From a virus (taxonomy: Duplodnaviria; Caudoviricetes): DNA of 54,079 nucleotides. A program made the position numbers and the translations under genes. Below the pieces are notes generated by a model. That model was not told the origin of the DNA, searched no databases, and saw nothing but the letters and a program-made list of their open reading frames with translations. Positions 14,062 to 23,655 of the stretch are shown piece by piece. Numbering within the stretch: the first letter of the stretch is position 1; each line of letters begins with the position of its first letter. The stretch covers positions 1 through 54,079 of the IMG/VR virus record IMGVR_UViG_3300027734_000092. One strand, written 5' to 3'.

Positions 14062-15021
14062 TTACTTGCGCAATCCTAGCTGTTGCTGTAGCCTTTGGGC
14101 CGCATTGATAGTATTGTTGGTCTGTCCGTAGGGAGTATAAGTCTGCCCTGAACCACCGTTGACCTTGCCTGCTTGCTGTGGTCCCGCTGTGGGTGTAGGT
14201 GGATTCTGCGCTTCAGCTTGGGCACGAGCGTTCATATCCTGTAGGCCCATGTCCACTAGTGAGCGAACCTGTACACCTTCTGGATCTGCTATGTCTACGA
14301 ATGTCCAGTCGCCTAACAGCACAGGATTCCCGTCTACACGGCGATTCCACTTGCGCATATAGTAGCAGTCCTTGCCCTCTGTTAGGCCCAACTGATCAAC
14401 TAGGTTAGCAAACACTGAATCTACCAAGATCATAGTCTCAGCCCCTTCTAGTATCTTGATCCAGTCGAATATTGAATCTGTTACTGCCCTAATCTCTATA
14501 CACTGGACCTCGGGCTCAATACTGGACAAATCAACATCATATGTCATGTCACTAGCTACACCCTGATATACCATGTAGCGGGGTTTTTGTACCAGCTGGT
14601 TATACAGCGCCTCTTCCCTAGCCAAGTCCCTCTCTAAGCACTCAGCCAACTCCCACTTACGACCAAAGGCTACCCCAGCTTGAGCATACTTGTATTGATC
14701 GAACTTGAACTGTGCAAAGTGACTCTTGTTGGTATTTTCAGGATGACTACTTAGATATTGATACAGCCACAGCTCCTCAACCACCCCTATAGCCTGTAGT
14801 TGTCTAGCGGGGTTTTCATAAAAGAACCTACCAGCTTCATCTACGGGCACACTCATCCATCGTACCCAGGGAGCAACACGGGTCATTTGCTGGTAAAAGG
14901 GTTCACATACTGGCCAGTATACTTCATAACCTCTACGTGTATATTCTCGTGCAATAGGCAATGCTATAATGAGATCTCCAAGACCTCTACTTTGGATAAA
15001 ACCAATACGTTGTTGACTCAT
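14062..15021 (-). CDS. Glycosyltransferase, GT9/heptosyltransferase-like
   Basis: RGLGDLIIALP and ILVDSVFANL motifs. Confidence 0.65.
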   Translation of the reverse strand: MSQQRIGFIQSRGLGDLIIALPIAREYTRRGYEVYWPVCEPFYQQMTRVAPWVRWMSVPVDEAGRFFYENPARQLQAIGVVEELWLYQYLSSHPENTNKSHFAQFKFDQYKYAQAGVAFGRKWELAECLERDLAREEALYNQLVQKPRYMVYQGVASDMTYDVDLSSIEPEVQCIEIRAVTDSIFDWIKILEGAETMILVDSVFANLVDQLGLTEGKDCYYMRKWNRRVDGNPVLLGDWTFVDIADPEGVQVRSLVDMGLQDMNARAQAEAQNPPTPTAGPQQAGKVNGGSGQTYTPYGQTNNTINAAQRLQQQLGLRK

Positions 15022-15040
15022 AATTTATTATACTCTTTGT

Positions 15041-15199
15041 TTAACATTCAGTGGGATTCTGTAAGCAATACTTACCACCCCAACCATCCGGTGCTCGCAC
15101 ATATTGACGCGGAGGATCTGTATAAGCACAGTAGTCATTTGCTCTACAGCGATAGTCTTTGCCACTTATAGTAGTTAGACATCCTGTAAGACTCATACT
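15041..15199 (-). CDS. Possible small lipoprotein-like ORF
   Basis: LTGC lipobox-like, Cys-rich; start uncertain (ORF extends to 15265). Confidence 0.3.
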   Translation of the reverse strand, partial: SMSLTGCLTTISGKDYRCRANDYCAYTDPPRQYVRAPDGWGGKYCLQNPTEC

Positions 15200-15325
15200 C
15201 GCCAGGATTAGCACTATAGCTCTAATATAGTATAGCGGGGTTTTTGTATATATTACTATATGCATGTGACTTTCTCTACTTTCTCTATAGTGAACACTCT
15301 AGTATACGTTGTGTATATAAGCTAT

Positions 15326-15354
15326 ATTATACAGCCAGAGTGGTAAAAAGTCAA
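15326..15354 (-). promoter_or_regulatory. sigma70-type promoter
   Basis: TTGACT-17-TATAAT. Confidence 0.65.
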
Positions 15355-15613
15355 TGGAAAATGGTCGAAAATGGCCCAAGAATCAGGGATTTTGTGGCGA
15401 ATTCTATACGGATCGTGCGGTTTTTATGCTAAAAAATTTTGAGTGAGGGTGGGGGTGACAGGCATTACTATAATACTTTTCTACACAGATCCATATAAAA
15501 CCAAATAATTCTCTCGAATTCCCCACTACCCTACTATAGAGCACTATAATTCACTATAATCCACTATATAGTAGATCTTGGGTTCTTTATACAGCGGGGT
15601 TTTATCTATACTG

Positions 15614-15760
15614 CTAGTCTTCGGGTGTATGCTTAACCCACTGTACATAACTGCCGTATAGTTGTTTTGCCTGCGTGACTGCCTGCTCATATGATTCTGC
15701 TTGTATGGGTATTTGGTAAGTATCACCCGTAGCATTAATTAGTGTGGCCATATAGATCAT
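15614..15760 (-). CDS. Small hypothetical protein
   Basis: MIYMATLIN...AKQLYG; AGGAG RBS. Confidence 0.65.
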   Translation of the reverse strand: MIYMATLINATGDTYQIPIQAESYEQAVTQAKQLYGSYVQWVKHTPED

Positions 15761-15831
15761 TTGTGTATCTCCTATTCTATATTTACACAGTTTTTTCCTC
15801 ACTGGCGCAAGCTGGTATTAAATACTCCACT

Positions 15832-16311
15832 ATGAAGAAACACACTACAGAACCCTTATGGAAGAGTATACGCGGAATTGGTCGACCACCAGCTCACACA
15901 TATACGCACGACACAGATCTAGCTGTATACAATCCTGGAAAGTTAGCTGAATCTATAGATCGTATACAGCAGTTAGATCCAGGACCCATTGAGCATTTAC
16001 CAGTATGTGTACCAAAGTGTCAGCGTTGTGGACTGGACGCAGATGTAGACTGGCCCAATCGTTGGTGGTGTCACTACTGCTGGGAAGAAGTTAAGAGTCC
16101 CATGAATCCCAACGCTATGATACCCAAATCATATGCTACAGCCACTACACTAGCACCATCACTAAGTGATCCTAGAGGTACTGAAATATGTCCCAAGTGT
16201 GCAGTATCATTTCGCCCTAGACTAGACAACACAGGATTTACCTGTCCAAGCTGTGGAGAAACTCATCGTCCACCACCCGCTCCTAGAGCAAGCCCTACTA
16301 ACGGATTCTAA
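15832..16311 (+). CDS. Zinc-ribbon protein
   Basis: CQRC/CHYC and CPKC/CPSC pairs; start MKKHTT. Confidence 0.6.
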   Translation: MKKHTTEPLWKSIRGIGRPPAHTYTHDTDLAVYNPGKLAESIDRIQQLDPGPIEHLPVCVPKCQRCGLDADVDWPNRWWCHYCWEEVKSPMNPNAMIPKSYATATTLAPSLSDPRGTEICPKCAVSFRPRLDNTGFTCPSCGETHRPPPAPRASPTNGF

Positions 16312-16312
16312 T

Positions 16313-16963
16313 ATGTCATATAAACCACAAACTCTACACGCACAAGATCAAGTACAGTATCGCCTTAAGGGTGTACAGGATCGTTTCTTATACTCATCAA
16401 CTGGCTATTGGTTTAAACCAGAAGATCTAGCTCGTTTACGAAGTTTAGTAAGCATAGATCGATTGAGTCAGGGCACAGTAGCAGAAGCTCGTGAGGGCGA
16501 TCAGATAGCCAATGTTAATATACGTGATGCATGGGTAGAGTTTATTGAACCTAACGAGGATAGTCGTTGGTTATACGATCGTGTAGGTGAAATCATACGC
16601 TATCACAATCAAACCTACTATGGCTACGATCTTACTGGCATCGAAACTCTACAGTTTAGTGAATATCGAGCACCCGCGGGACATTATGGAGCACACCTAG
16701 ATTGGGGAAGTAGCCGTAATGGAGTACAAGTACAATCACGTAAGCTATCCTTTACTGTGCAGTTAAGTGATCCTGACTCGTATGAAGGTGGGGATCTAGT
16801 TATACACGATGGGCAGGAACAGGATCCTGAGATTGTTCTAAAACGCCGTGCATTAGGGAGCATTATAGTATTCCCTAGCTGGGTCTTACACGAAGTTACT
16901 CCTGTTACAAAAGGAACTAGACGCTCGTTGGTAGGATGGTGTGTCGGGCCCGAATTTCGTTGA
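16313..16963 (+). CDS. 2OG-Fe(II) oxygenase, PKHD/YbiX-like
   Basis: HLD, RKLSFTVQL, YEGGDL, FPSWVLHEVTPV, R.SLVGW. Confidence 0.9.
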   Translation: MSYKPQTLHAQDQVQYRLKGVQDRFLYSSTGYWFKPEDLARLRSLVSIDRLSQGTVAEAREGDQIANVNIRDAWVEFIEPNEDSRWLYDRVGEIIRYHNQTYYGYDLTGIETLQFSEYRAPAGHYGAHLDWGSSRNGVQVQSRKLSFTVQLSDPDSYEGGDLVIHDGQEQDPEIVLKRRALGSIIVFPSWVLHEVTPVTKGTRRSLVGWCVGPEFR

Positions 16964-17086
16964 TGTTTTTAAATCCGACGAGCAAGACGGCAGGTCGCTG
17001 ATGGCTTGTTCGGCTCAAAACTGTTCTACCGGATTTTTTTGCGCTATGCGCAGGCCACTTCGTGGCTACTACTTAGGTAACTAGCC

Positions 17087-17647
17087 TTGGAAAAACCACT
17101 AAGCGAAACACTCATAGCTGACAACCTGTTTGATCTGGTTGTAGGTTCTGTACTAGAGCTGGGTCCACATGATGGCTCTTGGTTTACTCGTAGACTAGTT
17201 GAGTTGTCGGATGATGTTGCTGTGATAGAATTGGACGGTATAGCAGTTGCTAGGCTACGCTGTGATTATCCCGGAGTAACAGTCATGCTAGCCGACTATC
17301 ATACTGCTGTACAGGGCTGTGGGCACTATGACTCTGTAGTGGCTTTTGGTGTGCTCACACATTCACATAGTCCCCTGGGCTTGATGGAGGACATCTGTAA
17401 CTATGTCAAGCCCCGTAGAATCTTTATAGAAGCAGAACCCGGTAATCAAGTACGCTGTCTACGTGAAGGTGTTAATCAGCCGGGACAGCGTCAGAGTCGT
17501 AGGCTTACCAGTGGTCTGAGCATACAGTTGGGTTCTAGAATATGGATTGATGCCCTGGCTAACTTGGGCTATAAAGTTATAAGACAGTATCAAGAAACCC
17601 AGGGCGATCGTGCTGGCCGTGAGTATCTTGTGTTTGAACTGGCTTAG
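17087..17647 (+). CDS. Class I SAM-dependent methyltransferase
   Basis: VLELGPHDG motif I, YDSVVAFGVLTH. Confidence 0.75.
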   Translation: MEKPLSETLIADNLFDLVVGSVLELGPHDGSWFTRRLVELSDDVAVIELDGIAVARLRCDYPGVTVMLADYHTAVQGCGHYDSVVAFGVLTHSHSPLGLMEDICNYVKPRRIFIEAEPGNQVRCLREGVNQPGQRQSRRLTSGLSIQLGSRIWIDALANLGYKVIRQYQETQGDRAGREYLVFELA

Positions 17648-18471
17648 AATACTGCGTTGTTACCACGCTCGGCCATAACATAGGGATTGTTCCACTGCTG
17701 TACGTTGTCCAAGCTCTGTACTAGATAGTGCTTGTTCAGGGCCTGTGCTATAGGAATAGCCCATCCACTGGTAGTGGCAATAACTTGATTCATGCCCGAT
17801 ATCCATTGGGCCAGTTCCGCAGGGTGATTGACTTCTTGATGATCTACTGTTAGTCCTGTGGACTGTGTAAATTCTCTATAGTCTTCTCTGGAACCCACAT
17901 ATAGTCCGTGAGCACCGATGCCTTGTGCTTGCCACTGCTGATAAGTTTCGCGGTCCTGCCATCCTGTGCCTGCGAACACTACACCCTTACCTGGTGGGCG
18001 TCCCGGAATAGCGGGTATGTCTAGCCAGCTGTTGATACGTAGCTGTTGCCACTGGGTCCAATGTAGCTTGGTGACTTTACCAAAGCGGTCCATTGGGTGC
18101 ATGTTGAATCTGTTGTCCATGTCAGTAGTATAGTCGATCTTGTCTAGATCGTGATCTACTACTTGTCCAGTCCATACAGTCACACTCTTGACCCACTTTT
18201 GATTCTGCACTAGGCTACAGATAACGTCAAAGTCATCTTGGTTTAATCGGTCTGTCCACTCGGGGGTAGCAAACTGGCCCTGATAGTAGATAGTCTTTGG
18301 GGGTATTAGTCCAAGGCCGATATACAGGTGCCCGCCACCTAATGCTTTAACATAGGCCAGGGCCTGTATGACTTCGATGGGTTTACCGGAAATTTTAAAT
18401 GTTGTGTCACCATAGTTTGCGCTAGGGTTAGACAGGGGGTTGGTTGATTGATCTTGGTGTTGTAGTTTCAT
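17644..18471 (-). CDS. Divergent glycosyltransferase-like protein (GT9-like)
   Basis: YVGS.ED, ELAQWISG..VIAT.SG..IAQAL pattern. Confidence 0.5.
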   Translation of the reverse strand: MKLQHQDQSTNPLSNPSANYGDTTFKISGKPIEVIQALAYVKALGGGHLYIGLGLIPPKTIYYQGQFATPEWTDRLNQDDFDVICSLVQNQKWVKSVTVWTGQVVDHDLDKIDYTTDMDNRFNMHPMDRFGKVTKLHWTQWQQLRINSWLDIPAIPGRPPGKGVVFAGTGWQDRETYQQWQAQGIGAHGLYVGSREDYREFTQSTGLTVDHQEVNHPAELAQWISGMNQVIATTSGWAIPIAQALNKHYLVQSLDNVQQWNNPYVMAERGNNAVF

Positions 18472-18495
18472 ATGATTATTTAAGTATCCTGATAA

Positions 18496-18524
18496 TTGAC
18501 AAGAAAATTTCTGTCGTGTATAAT
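18496..18524 (+). promoter_or_regulatory. sigma70-type promoter
   Basis: TTGACA-17-TATAAT. Confidence 0.85.
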
Positions 18525-18559
18525 AATAGCATAACTATTAGACAGGAGTCAATTAAAAA

Positions 18560-18748
18560 ATGTTAAAACCAACAGCAAGTTTCAAACTCAGCAAACAAAC
18601 CAAACGTTTCATGTGTACTATTCGTGACCCGGAACAGCGTAACGCTTTCAAACGTGCTATGATCCAAGCAGAACTAGCGGCATTGATACAGCCCAAGCGT
18701 GAGAAGCGTACTGGTCCACGAGATAATACCATTACTGCTGAAGAGTAA
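18560..18748 (+). CDS. Small basic hypothetical protein
   Basis: AGGAG RBS, promoter upstream. Confidence 0.7.
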   Translation: MLKPTASFKLSKQTKRFMCTIRDPEQRNAFKRAMIQAELAALIQPKREKRTGPRDNTITAEE

Positions 18749-19371
18749 TGCTGTTTGACTTTCAGGGTCTGGATAATGCAAGTATAGAAGAATTACAGGG
18801 TAGTAAGATCTATACACTGGACAACTTCTACGCTGACCCCCATGAAGTTCTAGCATATATACTGAAACATCCAGCTAACCCATGGAAGTTATGGGAAAAG
18901 CCCAGTAATAATGGCATTGAGTTTATAGATCGTAGGCATAATTTTGAAGATGCAAATGTAGCACCCGTAGTCAAGGCCATAGCTAGCCATATAGGGCAAG
19001 AACCCGTAGACAATAATGTTGTTACTAACTGTATGAACTTTAAACCTAGCCCATTTAACGATTATCAAAACTGTTATTGGGCCCCGCATACAGATCTAGG
19101 CTATACGGCATTGATATATCTAAACGAAGATTATCAAGGGCCTGGCACTAATTTGTATGAGCAGTTAGAATCAGACCCACGAGAAGGCCCTGAACATTTT
19201 AAACCCTGGAGGCCCCGTAGCCGCTACCGATTGTTAAAATGTTTAGAAGCTAAATGGAATAGATTGGTTTTATTTGATGGTAAAAAGTTTGCTCATGGAA
19301 TGGCTGTAGAAGATACAAACTTCTTTGGACAAGTTACTAGAATTAACCAAGCGGTGTTCTGTCAAGATTGA
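18748..19371 (+). CDS. 2OG-Fe(II) oxygenase-like (DUF6445-like)
   Basis: DNFYADP, PHTD, ALIYLN, GT, NRLVLFD, HG, R.NQ. Confidence 0.75.
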   Translation: MLFDFQGLDNASIEELQGSKIYTLDNFYADPHEVLAYILKHPANPWKLWEKPSNNGIEFIDRRHNFEDANVAPVVKAIASHIGQEPVDNNVVTNCMNFKPSPFNDYQNCYWAPHTDLGYTALIYLNEDYQGPGTNLYEQLESDPREGPEHFKPWRPRSRYRLLKCLEAKWNRLVLFDGKKFAHGMAVEDTNFFGQVTRINQAVFCQD

Positions 19372-19396
19372 CAAATTAGTAAACACCCACTATAAT
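19368..19396 (+). promoter_or_regulatory. sigma70-type promoter
   Basis: TTGACA-17-TATAAT. Confidence 0.75.
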
Positions 19397-19542
19397 GTAT
19401 GGATTTGTCGAAAAATGACTCATTTTTGCCCTATTATTTCGGATAAATTGAGCTAAACTATTAACTAAAACTACGCTCTTATATTTTTTGAGCACTAACA
19501 CACAGAGACAGGAGTTTTTAACCTAAAAAGGAGGACACATAT

Positions 19543-20223
19543 ATGTCTATAATACACAGAGTTTTAACTGTGCTAGTAGCATTATTGGCCCTGACTGTAA
19601 TAGCACCCAGTCATGCCGAGACCCCGACACAAGAGGGTCAAAACGTTGTAGTTGTTGCCATGGTAGGTGATAGACTACAAAATATAGTTGACGCAGTAAC
19701 TCGCCCGATCTTTGTTGATCCAAAAGAGTTAATGTGTTTAGCTCGTAATATTTTCTTCGAAGCCGGCTCAGAGCCAGTTGAAGGAAAAGTAGCAGTTGGA
19801 GTAGTTACTCTCAATCGACTACAAGATGGCCGATTCGGCCGTAGCCTATGCGGAGTAGTTGATCAAAAATTAACTACCTCTGTTCCACGTACAGTATATA
19901 AAGAAACTGTCGTGAATAAGTTCTTAACAACAGAAGTTAAGCGAGAGCCAATTACTGTTTACGAAAATCGTACAGTATGCCAATTCAGCTGGAATTGTAC
20001 AAAGGTATCTCTCCCTAAGAAAGATGACGAGCGTTGGATCGAAAGTCTACACGTAGCTAGAGAGCTATTGGTTAACGAATCAGCGTACCCTGATTATAGA
20101 TACAAATACGGAGAAGCCAAATGGTTCCACAACGTATTTGTTAAACCTACATGGGCTAAACAAAAAGAGCATGTGGCTAAAATAGGCGGACATCATTTCT
20201 ATGCAGAACGAGCAAACCGCTAA
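19543..20223 (+). CDS. SleB-like cell wall hydrolase (Hydrolase_2)
   Basis: CLARNIFFEAG.E, VTLNR, CQFSW, IGGHHFY; signal peptide; AGGAGG RBS. Confidence 0.9.
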   Translation: MSIIHRVLTVLVALLALTVIAPSHAETPTQEGQNVVVVAMVGDRLQNIVDAVTRPIFVDPKELMCLARNIFFEAGSEPVEGKVAVGVVTLNRLQDGRFGRSLCGVVDQKLTTSVPRTVYKETVVNKFLTTEVKREPITVYENRTVCQFSWNCTKVSLPKKDDERWIESLHVARELLVNESAYPDYRYKYGEAKWFHNVFVKPTWAKQKEHVAKIGGHHFYAERANR

Positions 20224-20231
20224 ATATTGAT

Positions 20232-20489
20232 ATGAGAGCTCGTGAATTCATATCAGAAAAAAATATCCCCAACCCCACCCGCAGTCAATGCAAAGGTGGG
20301 CGTAGTCTTAGCAATGTCCGTTATGGACAATGTGTGAGCCTAGGGTATCTAGCACATGACAGTGACCATACCGATGGTAATGGTAAACAAGGCGACGACG
20401 GCAGTGGAGTACATCTCCGCGGCAAGAAAGGCGCCAAGGGTCAAAGCGAAATACACGGTGGTATAGTAAAGGACTATGATGGGAAATAA
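20232..20489 (+). CDS. Hypothetical late protein
   Basis: MRAREFISE N-terminus; TAAATA upstream. Confidence 0.6.
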   Translation: MRAREFISEKNIPNPTRSQCKGGRSLSNVRYGQCVSLGYLAHDSDHTDGNGKQGDDGSGVHLRGKKGAKGQSEIHGGIVKDYDGK

Positions 20490-20620
20490 CAGGAGACTTT
20501 CATATGGTAGCAATACCAAATGTTCTAGCTGAAGCAACTAGAATATATTACTCACTAGGCGACCTTGTTCGATACCTAGCAACAAGATTAGCAATAATCA
20601 CCCGCAATAAAAAATAACTG

Positions 20621-21265
20621 TTAGTGTATAGTTTCAACACAGCCGTTTTTACTTTCGTCAAACGTTAGAATATAATCATAGACTTTGTTGAATACTTTAA
20701 GGTAAGCCTGCCGATCTTCATAAGGGAAATGCGGGCTTACTGAACTAGCAATGGCTCCTTTGTCATTATGATGGGCTAGTGCTACCATTAGATGTATTTG
20801 AGCGGCCTTTAATCCTGCATACCCTGCCATTGCTGTATAATCAGTACGATCGAATTTTAATGCCATGCCTGTAGTTAGGAACACTATCTTACTGCCTTTG
20901 GACATTTTCTTTAGTGCTTCTATTGATAATATATGGGGTAGTATTATGGTAAAGTGTAGATTAGTATGCCAACCAACAGAAGTAATTTTTGCTGTAGATG
21001 TAAAGTCTCTAGACATGGAGGCGTATCCATCCATGCGTCCATTGAATACAAAAATGTCTATGTTATCTATAGATTCAGTTAGCTTGTTGAATGCTTCAAC
21101 CATATACTGGCGTTCTGAATGATCTGCATATAGATGCTGAGGATCGCCTGTTCCATAATCTTTGTGAGATAGTATAAAAACATTATGGCCTTCTTGTCTT
21201 GCACGTAGGCAAAAGTCATTACCAAATTTACCAGGCTGACCGCCTCCAACTACTACTATATTCAT
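20621..21265 (-). CDS. Short-chain dehydrogenase/reductase
   Basis: VVVGGG..G.FG, IDIFVFNG, YAGLK (YxxxK). Confidence 0.8.
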   Translation of the reverse strand: MNIVVVGGGQPGKFGNDFCLRARQEGHNVFILSHKDYGTGDPQHLYADHSERQYMVEAFNKLTESIDNIDIFVFNGRMDGYASMSRDFTSTAKITSVGWHTNLHFTIILPHILSIEALKKMSKGSKIVFLTTGMALKFDRTDYTAMAGYAGLKAAQIHLMVALAHHNDKGAIASSVSPHFPYEDRQAYLKVFNKVYDYILTFDESKNGCVETIH

Positions 21266-21313
21266 ATCAATCCTTTACTATTAACAGCGTATTTAATTAA
21301 TATAAATACCCAT

Positions 21314-21934
21314 ATGAATTTTATTTGTAACATTCTTAATGAACAACGAGTCGTTGAGCTGGCATTGCCTGATACTCCTACTAAAATTGCTGTTTTTGTC
21401 AGCGGTGGGCTAGATAGTGCTATCCTATACTATCTCATACTGAAGGCTTCGATTGAACAAGGGGTTGCTCATCAAATATCTCCATTCGTGGTAAACAGGA
21501 CAGAGGGCTCTCGTTACTTTTCTAAGCTCGCTGTGGCACACGTTCACTCTCAATTTAACATGCCCTATGTTGATCCTATACTTGTCGGAGATCCTACTTT
21601 GCCCGGACACCTTCAAGTATTGTCTGGAGCTCAGAGTGCCCAATACATGGGATTTACACGCTTATATGGCGGTATAATTGCACAGCGTCCTGAACACACT
21701 ATTGGATACGAGCCACCACCAGCCGAGGAGACAGATATAATCAAACTGCCTTTTAAAGATTTAACTAAAGGGTATATAATTGATCTAATAGTACGTAATA
21801 AACAGGAAGCCTTGTTTTATCTTACACATAGTTGTTCAATATTGGAAATAGGCAAATGTAATACCTGCAACGGTTGTAATGAACGTAATTGGGGATTTGC
21901 TCAAGCAGGGCTAGTTGATCCAGGAACTATCTAA
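21314..21934 (+). CDS. QueC-like PP-loop ATPase
   Basis: SGGLDS; THSC-x7-CNTCNGC.ER zinc motif. Confidence 0.7.
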   Translation: MNFICNILNEQRVVELALPDTPTKIAVFVSGGLDSAILYYLILKASIEQGVAHQISPFVVNRTEGSRYFSKLAVAHVHSQFNMPYVDPILVGDPTLPGHLQVLSGAQSAQYMGFTRLYGGIIAQRPEHTIGYEPPPAEETDIIKLPFKDLTKGYIIDLIVRNKQEALFYLTHSCSILEIGKCNTCNGCNERNWGFAQAGLVDPGTI

Positions 21935-23010
21935 AAGTTATTGCGTTCAACAAACATTTCATTAGGCTTAGATATCTTTGATGACGTCCCACACATTACT
22001 ACACACATGGTCAATTGTTTGTTATTCCAAAATTTCTCCCAGGTGTTTTGATACAAGTCACTATTGATAATATCTTTAATAGAGTAGTGATAAGCATTTT
22101 GTGATGTAGTACCACCTAGAGCTTCGACTAGGGTGTGATATTCATTTAACATTTGCAACCTAATCTGAGTCATGCCAGCAATAGTATCTACCGGTATATA
22201 CGGTATTAGTCCTATATAACAACAAGGAAATACCTGACCGTATGAATCAATGTATATTTCATGTTGTTCCATCGATTTACATTCAATAACACTTTCTTTT
22301 GCAATATCTCGAAAATTAGTTATAGTGGTTCGATCGATAAATTTAATTTCGCTGTAACCGCTTGGCTCTAGAAGTCGGGTAGTATCCCCATTTTTATCAT
22401 AAACAGGAAAAGTTGGATCAAAGAAGAAACGGCCGCTGTCCTTCATCGAAAATGATTCAAATCCCAACTCATTAGCTAATTGCTTGACTTCGGCAACTTG
22501 ATGCTCATTGTGTTTAAATCGAATAAATGCCCACTCAGCAACACCACCGGCTTGTATAAAATCGTAAGCATTATCTATGATCTTATCAAAGTCAGTACCT
22601 ACCCGATACAAGCTGTGTGTATCTTCTAATCCGTCAATAGCAAAAACTACCCTATGATTTTTTGGCAGAGCTTTGGCTAACTGTTGCCACCAGTCCTTAG
22701 ATCTAAGGCTTCCGTTGGTATAGATCCATACGTGTAAATTGGGATTAACAGACACAGAGTATTCAATCATTGCGATTAGATCATTGTTTAGTAAAGGATC
22801 ACCAAAATTACCGCAGAAATAATACTTGTCAATTTGATTCAGTACATCCTCAGTCATAATACTTTTAAACTGTTCCAAAGACCAGCTAGATAATTTTATC
22901 AATGGATTAGCTAGTCCGCCATGTATATTTCGCTGACATTGAGGACAACTGGCTTGACAGTTATTAGTAATCTCAAGATGTATCTGTTTTAATTCATTAA
23001 ATTTAAACAT
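21931..23010 (-). CDS. Radical SAM enzyme with SPASM/twitch-like C-terminus
   Basis: CQASCPQC; G.VFPCC; terminal CVVMC. Confidence 0.9.
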   Translation of the reverse strand: MFKFNELKQIHLEITNNCQASCPQCQRNIHGGLANPLIKLSSWSLEQFKSIMTEDVLNQIDKYYFCGNFGDPLLNNDLIAMIEYSVSVNPNLHVWIYTNGSLRSKDWWQQLAKALPKNHRVVFAIDGLEDTHSLYRVGTDFDKIIDNAYDFIQAGGVAEWAFIRFKHNEHQVAEVKQLANELGFESFSMKDSGRFFFDPTFPVYDKNGDTTRLLEPSGYSEIKFIDRTTITNFRDIAKESVIECKSMEQHEIYIDSYGQVFPCCYIGLIPYIPVDTIAGMTQIRLQMLNEYHTLVEALGGTTSQNAYHYSIKDIINSDLYQNTWEKFWNNKQLTMCVVMCGTSSKISKPNEMFVERNNF

Positions 23011-23016
23011 ATTAGA

Positions 23017-23655
23017 TTATGGATGGTATTCTAGCAGTTCTTCAATAGATTTATTAAGGGCAACAGTAACTATCAATCTAGGTCCCGGAGTAAAATGCAC
23101 AGTATGAGCACAGTCTGTTTTGACAAATGCGCTAGGTGTGTATACGTTTCTTGCTACTAGCTCAGGAGCTCCTAGAAAAGCGTATCGTCCCTGTGTGTCT
23201 CCGCCCGGCACACTCTTGTTGGTATATTCTCGTCCGTTAGGTGCAAGAAATTTAGTTTCTTCTATCCTAGGGTCATCATACTCAAAACCGCCCCACCAAA
23301 TTAGAGGATTACCTGGATTTCCCATAATCATAACGTTTAACCTTGACCGTATTCTATAGACTGCTCCGGTATTAGGATCAACTTTTGTATCAATATGTGG
23401 ATCTGGATTACCTAACGTACACATAAAAACATTAATCCCACCAAATTCAGTATCACATCCGTATTGATTTAAAAAAGCATTTAGTTCTCGGCCTACGATG
23501 CTGTTACGCCATTCAGCCTGTGCTTCCGGAGAGTACTGAGTCAGATCAGTGTTATGTCCTATGTTGCCCGTTAATCGATCTTTATATCGATCCAACACCC
23601 ATCCCATGGCGTTGTTAGAAAAATTAAACGTTAGTGAATGATAGAATTTCGTCAA
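23017..23655 (-). CDS. Putative 2OG-Fe(II) oxygenase-like protein (paralog of 23624-24310)
   Basis: PHID...HTV...R facial-triad-like pattern. Confidence 0.55.
   Translation of the reverse strand: MTKFYHSLTFNFSNNAMGWVLDRYKDRLTGNIGHNTDLTQYSPEAQAEWRNSIVGRELNAFLNQYGCDTEFGGINVFMCTLGNPDPHIDTKVDPNTGAVYRIRSRLNVMIMGNPGNPLIWWGGFEYDDPRIEETKFLAPNGREYTNKSVPGGDTQGRYAFLGAPELVARNVYTPSAFVKTDCAHTVHFTPGPRLIVTVALNKSIEELLEYHP

Noticed and set aside
114-14408. Plus-strand ORFs over the early block
   Set aside because: They overlap well-supported minus-strand genes and lack promoters, RBSs or recognisable motifs.
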